Positions 37,101 to 46,932 of a DNA stretch of 64,000 nucleotides are shown one piece after another. The stretch comes from Anthoceros angustus. Its lineage: Eukaryota > Plantae > Anthocerotophyta. The notes under the pieces are model-generated. The model was not told the DNA's origin and ran no database searches. It saw only the letters and a list, made by a program, of their open reading frames with translations. The stretch's first letter is position 1, and every line of letters starts with the position of its first letter. Location of the stretch: positions 372,001-436,000 of the forward strand of contig MU008173.1 of the NCBI GenBank assembly GCA_010909165.1, written 5' to 3'. Position numbers and translations under genes: made by a program.

Positions 37101-38937
37101 ATAGCCGAAGTAAGGGACATTGTTCCTTCGCAGGGGCTTGGTGTCTTGGGGGTCCCCGTGGACCTCCGGCCTTTACTCGTGGTTTGCGGATGAGGCTCAA
37201 GGAGGACTTGGCCCACATCGGTGACCTATCTAAATTAGGAACCCTCAAGTGGCATTTGGCATCCATTCCTCCTACTTGTTGGCGGGTTACCTCACCACGA
37301 CAGTGGCTCCCTCCCCAACTTTTCTCTTAAGCTGCGAAATTTTGATTTAGTTATGCAAGTACTTAGAAGTCACGGGTAGAAAGGGGTTTCTGACCAAAAG
37401 GGGTTATGGCTAAAATCCATCTTTTTACGGGCAAAATGCATATTCGCTTTTTTTTAGGCTTTTTTTGAGGGTGTTTGGTAATATTAATGTGGTGTTCAAA
37501 CCCACAGCACCATACCCTACATGTTCATTTGGTTACAATGTGCCGCATCCATAGTAGGGCACCGCGATTTTGAAGTGGTGAAGATAATCAGAATCGTCTG
37601 TTATATTCTATTTGTGCATGTCCCCCGTTCATCCCATACAAGCATTTTTGTTAGAAAATGGACAGCACGAGATGAGTGCGCAAACAAGTTTGTGCACCCA
37701 ACATGATAGTGTGCAAGCTTGGTTGCGCAAAACGAGCAAGAAGATTTAGGCGCAAACATATTTGCGCACTTGGTCTAAGAAGACCTAGGTGTGCGAACTC
37801 GGCAAGGGGCCTGTGGCGAACAAATGCACGCACTGGGGACAAGGGTGCCCAGAAGGCATGCATTAGGGGACAAGGCGCGGGTTGGTGAACAGCAAGTGTA
37901 CACCATGGGGCAAGGGTCCCCAAATCACAGCACAGGGACGTTTTCAACTCTTTTTGTGCACCTTCCTATTGTGGATATGTCCTTATCTTGAATTAGCCCT
38001 CATCTTTTTTCTAGTGGTTGAAACTTTGAACTAGTAGTGAGAATCTTTCACATCTTTTGAATCTTGAGACGTTTTTCTTGGGCCCAGCTCCAAATGCAGA
38101 CCATACCACCCTCATTCTTGCATTGCACGCGGATCAAGAGCATCAGGTCCACGAAGATATTATTGTCCCAATGTCTGATAAAAAAGTCCTGTAGAATTCC
38201 CAGAGCGAGAGTATAGTCTTATTATTGACTGGTACGAGTGAAAGGTTGGTGTGCAAACAAGTTTCGGAATCCTATCAAACCCTAAAATTTTAAATGTTTG
38301 TACACGTGCCGATAGTGAGAATGACCTCATTTTAGGAAGGCTTAGAATTGGATAAAGTTTAAAACAAATACGTTTGTGCACGTGGAAATAAGACCTAAAC
38401 TCTTCAAAATGGCCGTTTTTAGTGCGGATTTTTTAGCATGCAATTTGGGGTTTGCGGAAATTCGTGTGCACGAAGGGGTTACTGGAGAAACCCCTTTCCA
38501 CCCAGACGTTGTTTTGGAGACATTATCCGGCCGGGGACCTTCAAGTGTGCCGCAAAGGGCCTTAAGCTTGCGTAGCGGCAAGCATCCCTTTATATCACTT
38601 CTGGAGGCACAGATCTACTAGCCATGAGGCCTCGATGCCGGCGGCCTTCCTTGGGAGCTGGGAGCTCTCTGCCTCCGTCCTCACCGCTCGTTTCTTAATT
38701 CGGGATGTTCCCACCTTGGAGGCCTTTGTCTCGGGGTTGAGGAGGGGGCGTTCCCTTTGCAGGTTTTCTTTAAGTTGGCCAGGGACTCCCTTTCCTCCAA
38801 GGCTAGGGCAGCCATGCCTTCCTTTCCCTCGTTTTCCATGAAAGGGCTACATGGCATTCAGGCCTCTCTCCAAGAGAAGCGGTATAGGCAGGCACAGCGG
38901 GCAATCCTTTTAGCCTCTACTATACCCGGGCCTATTC
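34156..38937. repeat. ~2.4-kb tandem duplication (~34156-36566 / ~36567-38937)
   Basis: Paired ORFs 34513/36883, 35315/37676, 35813/38160 and 36035/38376 are nearly identical apart from small indels. Confidence 0.92.
34999..36169. mobile_element. ~1.17-kb non-coding insertion with ~28-bp imperfect terminal inverted repeats (MITE-like); second copy ~37370-38513
   Basis: AACAGCGTCTGGGTAGAAAGGGGTTTCT (34999-35026) vs AGAAACCC(C)TTTCCACCC(A)GACGTTGTT (36144-36169; 38486-38513). It interrupts CRE-like coding remnants and contains internal GTGCAC/GCGCAC-rich motifs. TSD not resolved. Confidence 0.55.
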
Positions 38938-40559
38938 GTGCCTGCCTCAGCTCTTGCTCGGGGAAGGAAGCAAGGTCCTGGCTCTTGGCTCGGCCTTGCA
39001 TCCAAGCGTTCCGAATCACACTAGCTTCTTTTTCTACTACAATGAGGTTCTGCTGGGTTTGGTCCAGTCTCTAGCTTGTTCTCTCTCAGTGTGCAACTAT
39101 GGGGCCCCCTTCGACAACTTAGGGTACCACCTAGCTCGCTGTCCAATTGGAGGGTAAAGTATCGCTACATATGTCGCCGTTCGTGACGCCATGTTCTCAA
39201 TGGCCAAGGAGAGCAGTTCTTTTCCAAATAGACTCCAGAGCATCCATATACCCTACGCAATGGAGTGTCGCTCGGGGCGCATATATTTCTGACCCGGGGG
39301 AACCAAATCTCTGTTGCGAATGTCATCGGAACGAACTCTACCCCGAACACCATTTGTAAGCATGTCATTATCAACCCTCCGGGCTGGGCGGCAGAGGGAT
39401 GCCCAACTGCCAAGATACACAAGTATACACCTTTGTAGGATAACCACGCCTTCATCCCCCTCGCCATTGAGACTCACGAGGCTATGGGCAAGGATTTTTC
39501 TCGGCTAATTAAGGATTGTGCTAAGGCCTCTGGCACCTTCACCAATTTGCTGGTCTCTTCGAGATCCTTGGTCAGGGATCAGGGTGTCTGCCCGACCTTG
39601 GGCCTCCTGCGCTTGCCTTAGCTGTTTGCTCAATGCAGGACCTTAGTTCGGTCCTGACGAGCGGACCTGGAGTCCTGCTTTGCTGATCGGCGCTTCTTCT
39701 CCTCAATCCTTGCCAGGCTCTCCGCCTTCTTCCTGGCAGCCTTGTGCTGCTTCCACCTGCCCTTGGAGCTCCACCATTCGCTGCCGCGTGGCCTCCACCT
39801 CTTGGGTCTTCTCAGTGGCGTAGTAGAGACCCCAAGCCATCCCATCGGCCACCGTCGCTAACACCTCAACTGCCGTTGATGGCGAGCTCCCCTCAAAGCA
39901 CTCCGCGGGAGGTGGCATCTCTCGACCCACAAGGATATGCCATACCGCTCTCCGAAGCTGGTCCGGCGTAGCCCCTCTGGCTTCCAGTAGGGGACCATGT
40001 CCTAGTTATCCGGCGTGTGCCCCTCTAGCTCAGACTTGGCTCTCTTGGCGGCCAAGTTCTTCTCCGCCCTTCACCGTTTGGGGTCCAGTGGGGGTGAAGG
40101 GGTCCTGGAGCTGGCTCGTTTTCCCCTCAGGATTGGTGGGAGAAAGCACCAGCTCGTGGTGCGGCTACAGCCAGTGTCCGCCCGCCCCTTGAGCCGCGTC
40201 TCACTCCGCCCAGTGGGCCGCCAACTCCGCCTTTGCCCACTCTTTATTCACTAGCGGTGAATGCAGTGTCATGAGTCAGTGGCTACAACCACGCCTTTTC
40301 TTCCCTCTATGGGTCCGTGGCTACAACCACCGCCTTTTTCTTCCGGCCCTCTATCTCGGTCCGGCGTGGCTCCGCTGGGGCGGCCGGGGTTGGTCTCGTC
40401 ACCTGCGGAGGTGCTCTTCTTGCACCCTCCACAGCTCATCACAGCGCAGTGGGGCCCACTCCTCTGGTGCCCCGGTCAACAATAGGGAAGAGAGAATTTC
40501 TTCCCAAATTTCCCTTGGTGGTGAGGGGGTCCGTTCTAGTCGGATGGCATCCGGTGGCA

Positions 40560-40745
40560 GCTTTAGGGTTTTCAGGCAAGGGGTGGAGTTTTGCAATGGC
40601 GGGGCCAGGTGGTGAGCTAGCTTCCAGGTTTAGGGTTTTGCGGTGGTTGGTCTTCCAAGTTTAGGGTTTCATAGGTTTAGGGGTTTGCGGTAGCTGGTCT
40701 TTCAGGTTTAGGATTCTATGGCAGCAGCTTTAGGTTTTCAGGCAA
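40560..40745 (+). repeat. Degenerate telomere-like (TTTAGGG-containing) repeat cluster
   Basis: Several TTTAGGG(TTT)/TTTAGG motifs embedded in a longer unit, GGTTTAGGGTTTTGCGGT(A/G)G(C/T)TGGTCTT. Confidence 0.7.
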
Positions 40746-42964
40746 GGGATGGAGTTTTGCGGTGGTGAGGCCCGACTTTTCGATTTTTGCAGGCTTTGGC
40801 GGGGGTCATGTTGTTCCGGCCAGTAGCTTTTAGGTTTCTATTCAGGATTTGCGGGGGGTCATGCGGTGGGTTGTGGGTGTTTTTGGGTGCGCCCTCTAGG
40901 CCTTTGGAGGCCTTGACCTAGGGCTTTCTATATGCAGCGTACACTCCATATGTGTGGTAAATGCCATGAACGCTTTGTTCTTGACATGTAGTGCCCCCTC
41001 GACTGTGAAATCCTTGGGCAGTCGTCTACAGGTTGTTCCCTTAATCATGCCATTTTCGTTTGTTCCTGAGAGCCCTACAAAGCAATCCACTCCTTCAGAG
41101 GCAGTCAAGGATACCCCCGCCTAGTCTGGCTCAGCTGTGCTGTGGATCAAAGTGGCGCAAGCCTCCGAGCACACCATCTCTGCGCTTCACCCCTTCATCC
41201 GGCCCCAGATGACCTTTTTCCACATGATATCCTGGATTACATGTCGGAGCTGCCTTTTTGTCTCGATAGGGTAATCTTTGGTAGGTCTCGATAGGGCATT
41301 CTTTGGTAGGGCTCTTACCACTGCTCCGCGGCTTTCTTCGGGAGGTATATCCTTGTACGTGTAGTCTACAATCACCTTCGAGATTACTTTGCTCCCAACG
41401 GTCCTTCTAGAGGTTTCTCGGAGCTCTTCATTCTGGTGGCAGCAGTGGCTAGGGATGAGACTCCTCACCGGGTCTCTCGGTGGTTTCTCGAAGCTCTTCC
41501 TTCAACAAGTTACTGGCTATGGAAACGTGGAGGGCAGCAGGCGTATGATGATGTCCTTCCTTTTTTTGGGAGCCATTGTACCCCTAGCTGGGATAGGCAG
41601 CTATGTTTCGGTGTGGGTGGAGTGCTGGTGCAAACCGTAGACTTCAAACTTGTTCATAACAGTAGTGGGAGTAAATTGTTGTCTTTGTCAGGACAACGTG
41701 GAGCGAAGGTCAACGGATGTCCTGTGCCTTTGGCAGCTATTCTGAAAAGCTTGTCTTTGCGCTTAGACAGCAAATCCAACCTAGGTCCGGCACCCATGTC
41801 CCTTTGCTAATAATATTGGGTCACTTGACAAAATTCGAAAAGTGACTCGGTCGTCCGGTACCGGTTTTCTGGTGCCAGGGCACTTTTCTTTTTTATATAT
41901 GTGAGCATTTTTGTATAATTTGGAACGCGGACGTATAGGTGGGCATATGGCCCATATAGGATCTTGGTGTCTTATACCTCTAGTCTCCCACTATAGTACC
42001 AAATCAGATGTGTGCATGCATGTTTGTGTTTCGGCCAGTTGACATGAAGACACATATCCTTATTGTTTTTTATGGTGCCACAACCTTACGATCGGTAAGG
42101 GCAGGATGTCGGGCATACTTGGACGAATGTGTACAAAAAAAAGTATTAGCATATTGAGGTATCATTGCAGTTTTCAACTTAGCACATTGGTTCGGAAATT
42201 GTCACAAATGTATAGATTCAAAACGACAACCGGTTTTTGCGAAAATGCCCTTAAAAATCCTTAAAACTAGGATATTTTCCAACTTGATCCAACCATGGAC
42301 CTTTCTTAACAGGGTCAAAAGGCATCAAAAAGGTAGAAAAGGTGCTTTTGACAACTACGGGAAATGCAAATAGTGTGGTTTTTGCCCTTGGTTTTTGGAA
42401 AAGCACCCAATCCAGAGATTGGTTTTCAATTTGTAGATCGATTTTGACCAAATGGACGTCAGTCTCTAAAAAGTGGAGTGTATTTCTACTTCTTAGGAGA
42501 CCTTGTTTTTGGAGGCTGTGAAGTTAATTGGTGCTCATGAGGACGGATGCCCAAAGGTCCTCAAATGGGTGGAAGGACGGACAAGTGAGAGTTGTGGCCA
42601 AAATCATTGTCCACTGGAACATGCTTATGAAAGTAGACCACCTAGGAGACAATCTCCTGGTGTTTCTACATGCGCTCATGAGAGGGAAGCGGGTAGATTA
42701 GGGGCGGACTATTTTCGCTCGGATAGAGCTTGACGAGGAGTTTGCATCATGAACGACCTCCTCCGTCATATCCCCCTTCATCCTGCATGTTTGGGGGCAT
42801 CACAATCTCCTTAAGGAGGACGAGGAGGAATGCACCCGCCGGGGGCTAACTCACTTGCTAATCGTAGGGAGAGAGGAGGAGGAGCAGGGCACCAACAATA
42901 AGCTCGCAGCGGAGCCCAGGACCAGGCGTAACCAGGCGGAGGAGGATTGGGAGGGCATGTGTAG

Positions 42965-43088
42965 CCTTAAACCTGGAAGACCAGCTGCCGCAAACCTTAA
43001 ATCTGTGCAACCCTAAACCTGTGCAACCCTAAACCTGGAAGACCAGCTGCCGCAAAACCCTAAACCTGTAAAACCCTAAACTTGGAAG
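42965..43088 (-). repeat. Inverted homologue of the telomere-like repeat cluster (CCCTAAA motifs)
   Basis: CCCTAAACCTGGAAGACCAGCTGCCGCAAAACCCTAAACCTG is the reverse complement of the unit at 40625-40715. Confidence 0.72.
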
Positions 43089-43224
43089 TTGCCTCACCGC
43101 CGGGCCCTGTCGCCACGACCTCACGGGCTAGCTGTCGCACCACTCCCAACAACGCAGCATGGAAGACATGATGATGAGGATGATGTGGAAAAATAAACCA
43201 TAGGAAGTGAAAAGAGCATACCCA

Positions 43225-46050
43225 CATTGTCTCCAAGCGTTACCAAACTTTCCCCTACAAGCGTCCTTAAGGGTGGCCAGGGGATCTTTATTTTATGAGG
43301 CTAGGGCCGCCATGCCTCTTTTCTCCTCCCTCCCCGAGGGTGGGATGTGGGGGCTTCAAGAGTCGCTCCTGGAGAAGCATTATGGGCAGGCGCAGCTGGG
43401 CCGGACCTTCTTCGGGATTCTTCCATTCCCAGGCCCACCTATACTCAGCTTTGCTCGGGGAAGGGAGCATGTTCCTGACTTTCGGCTCGTCCCAGTAACC
43501 AGGCATTCCGCATCACACCAGCAACCTTTTCTACTGCGATGCGTTTTCGCTTGGGTCTGGTCCAACCTTTGGCCTATTCTCTCTCTACTTGCAGTTGTGG
43601 GGCTTCCCTCGATGACCCTGGGGCCCATCTGGCCAGTTGTCCTGCTATCGGGCAGCGCATTGCTACGCATGACGCCATCCGGGATATCATGTTTTCGGTG
43701 GCCAAGGAGGGCGGCTTTTTTCCCTATAGGGAGCGTCCCTATACCTTGCTCAATGGTGTATCCCTCAGGAGCTGACCTTTTCTTGACCCGGGGGACTAGG
43801 TTTTTGTTGCTCATGTGGTTGTAAAGGACCCCATATTGGGACAATGTCTGTAAGCATGTTATCCTCAATCCCTCGGGTTGGGCGGCGGAAGGCTGCATGA
43901 CGGCCAAGGTCCACAAGTACTCTCCTATGCAGGTCTTCCAAGCGTTACCAAACTTTCCCCTGCAGGCGTCCTTAAGGGTGGCCAGGGGATCTTTATCTTA
44001 TGAGGGTAGGGCCGCCATGCCTTTTTTCTCCTCTCTCCCCAAGATTGGGATGCAGGGGCTTTAAGAGTCGCTCCTGGAGAAGCATTATGGGTAGGCGCAG
44101 CTGGGCCAGGGCTTCTTCGGGATTCCTCCATTCCCAGGCCCACCCATGCTCAGCTTCGCTCTTGCTCGGGGAAGGGAGCAGGTTCCTGGCTTTCGGCTCG
44201 TCCCAGTATCCAAGCGTTCCGCATCGCACCAGCAATCTTTTCTACCGCGATGTATTTTCACTTGGGTCTGGTCCAACCTTTGGCCTATTCTCTCTCTGCT
44301 TGCGGTTGTGGGGCTTCCCTCGATGACCCTGGGGCCCATCTGGCCCGGTGTCCCGTTGTCTGGCAGTGCATTGCTACGCATGACGCCATCTAGGATGTCA
44401 TGTTCTCAGTGGCCAAGGAGGGCATCTATTTCCCCTATAGGGAGCGTCCCTACACCTTGCTCAATGGTGTGTCTCTCAGGGATGACCTTTTCTTGACCCG
44501 GGGGGACTAGGTTTTTGTCGCTAATGTGGTTGTAACGGACCCCATATTGGGACAATGTCTCGAAGCATGTTATCCTCAATCCCTCGTTGGCCAAGGCGCA
44601 TGACGCCAAGGTCCACAAGTACTCCCTGTGTCTTCCAAGCGTTACTAAACTTTCCCTGCAGGCGTCCTTAAGGGTGGCCAGGGGATCTTTATCTTATGAG
44701 GGTAGGGCCGCCATGCCTTTTTTCTCCTCTCTCCCCAAGATTGGGATGCAGGGGCTTTAAGAGTCGCTCCTCGAGAAGCATTATGGGTAGGCGCTGGGCA
44801 GGCTTCTTGGATTCCTCCATTCGTGCCCACCCATGCTCACCGCTCTTGCTCGGGAAGGGAGTGTTCTCGGCTCCGTCCAAGATCCAGCCCGCATCGCACC
44901 AGCAATCTTTCTACCGCTGTATTTTCACTTGGGTCCGGTCCAACCCCTTGGCCCGGTGCCCTTTGGTGGGTTGAACCTTTTTTGTGCGGATGGTGTTTTT
45001 TCCATCTCTTTCTTTCTACATAAAGTCTCTATTTACCAAACTTCCAAACTTTCACTTCAATCTTTATCTGTCATGTACCCATATGCTAGGATTGATCACT
45101 CATATTTGTGCACTAACAATATTACTCACCTACTGCATCCGCCAACACTCTTTCCAGCATCATCCCACACCCTCCCGCCACAAAAACCAAAATCTAAAAC
45201 CATGATGCCAGTATTTCTTGAAGATAGAGCCTTCGTTCTGGGTTAACTAGCTGCAAAATAACAAATAGACAACTATCACTTTTGTAACAAGGCATAGTTT
45301 AGACCGTCCGCTTGCGCTAGGGGCTCGATGACCCCGGGCCCATCCGCCCGGTGTCCCGTTGTTCCGGCAGCATTACGCATGACGCCATCTAGGATGTCAT
45401 GTTCTCGGGCCAAGGAGGGCATCTATTTCTATAGGAGCGCCCTACACCTTGCTCAATGGTGTGTCTCTCAGGGATGACCTTTTCTTGACCCGGGGGGACT
45501 AGGTTTTTGTCGCTAATGTGGTTGTAACGGACCCCACACTGGGACAGTATCTGTAAGCACGTTATCCTCAACCCCCAGGGTTGGGTGGCGGAAGGTTGCG
45601 CGACGGCCAAGGTCCACAAGTACTGTCCTATCCAGAACGACCATACTTTTATCCCCCTCGCCATTGAGACTCACGGGGCCATAAGTTGGGACTTCTCGAA
45701 GTTCCTCAAGGCCTGTAGTAAGGCTTACCACGATCGAAAGAATGGGGTTGGTCTCCCCCTTTCTTCTATTGTGTCTTTCTTTAGGCAACGGGTGCCCATC
45801 ACCCTACACAAGGCGTTGGCGAACACGGTGTATAGGACAATGACTAGCGCAGGGGAGGAGGCTTCTTCGGTGGCGGTGGTAGGTAGGCCCTTTGTTATCC
45901 CCGATCATGAGATTCTTAGGGCGGTAGGTAGTTTTGAGAAAAGCAATCGGGAGTTAGACCCCCTTGGCCTGGTGCCCTTTGGTGGGTTGAACCCTTTTTT
46001 TTGTGCAGATGGTGTTTTTTCCATCTCTTTTCTTTCTACATAAAGTCTCT
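43225..46050 (+). mobile_element. CRE-like (RLE) non-LTR retrotransposon 3' region in several overlapping tandem partial copies
   Basis: MRFRLGLVQPLAYSLSTCSCGASLDDPGAHLASCPAIGQRIATHDAIRDIMFSVAKEGG (CxC..H..C knuckle) and AEGCATAKVHKY..HTFIPLAIETHGAISWDFSKFLK..FFRQRVPITLHKALA (RLE C-terminus). Copies start at ~43230, ~43933 and ~44630; the flank 44940-45320 is repeated at 45957-46340. Confidence 0.8.
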
Positions 46051-46932
46051 CTATTTACCAAACTTCCAAACTTTCACTTCAATCTTTATATTCGCATGTA
46101 CCCATATGCTAGGATTGATCACTCATATTTGTGCACTAACAATATTACTCACCTACTCGTGCATCCGCCAACACTCTTTCCAGCATCATCCTACACCCTC
46201 CCGCCACAAAAACCAAAATCTAAAACCATGATGCCAGTATTTCTTGAAGATAGAGCCTTCGTTCTGGGTTAACTAGCTGCAAAATAACAAATAGACAACT
46301 ATCACTTTTGTAACAAGGCATAGTTTAGACCGTCCGCTTGCCGGGTCTTATCCTGTTTCTAGAGACATATTAGGAGCTAAAAAGGCCCATGCGATCCAAG
46401 TTTTGACCGCTTTGTAGGGGGCATGGGACTTGGGTTGTGGCGCACTGTAATTGGCCGCAGTTGCCCGCTGTGACGTAGGTGCCTGTCGCCTTGACCCGAA
46501 TGAGTTGATGAGGTCAAAATGGGTTTACAGGGGCCTCTGTACCGTGGAAGCCCTAAACGGGCCTCGGGGTCGGATTTCGTCTTCAGTGACGATTGTCCAT
46601 GAAAATTGGGGACCGGGGCTCAGATCCAGCCCGAGGAGCTGGTTGATGAGGGCCTACACATGTCTGTAGATCTGTGCGCGAAGGCGCTTCGCCCTTGAGC
46701 TTCCCCGGTGCGGGGCAATGTCACTCCACTTGCTGCTTTTGCTGCATCCGATGCGATTGCGATCGGAATACTGAATTTGGGACGCGGTGGAGAAAGCAAT
46801 GCGGTGCGGAAACGACCGAACAGCGGTGGCCTGGAATTGGGATATGGAATGGATTTCTGAGCTGGACAAGAATTTCCGGTGAAGATTTTGGATACTGCTG
46901 GGAGCGTGGAGTTGGCGAGCAGGGCGAGCAGG

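Larger units (their letters stand above)
33998..39530 (+). mobile_element. Fragmented CRE-like non-LTR retrotransposon (coiled-coil ORF remnant, post-RT region, Zn knuckle, RLE), interrupted and partly duplicated
   Basis: Coiled-coil ORF 33998-34237; GLGVLGVPV..LGNPQVAFGI (~34755-34890); PGTF..LAWRQASL; AAFLGSWELSA; IRACLSSCSGKEARSWLLARP; CNYGAPFDNLGYHLARCP; NHAFIPLAIETH (~39440-39480). Confidence 0.72.

Noticed and set aside
40880-41640. Minus-strand protein-like fragments
   Set aside because: Broken by stops and I cannot assign a family; probably TE-derived.
46449-46480. UPR element (ATTGG...TGACGTAG) upstream of HRD1
   Set aside because: Does not match the ERSE, ERSE-II or TGACGTG(G/A) consensus exactly; too short to support.
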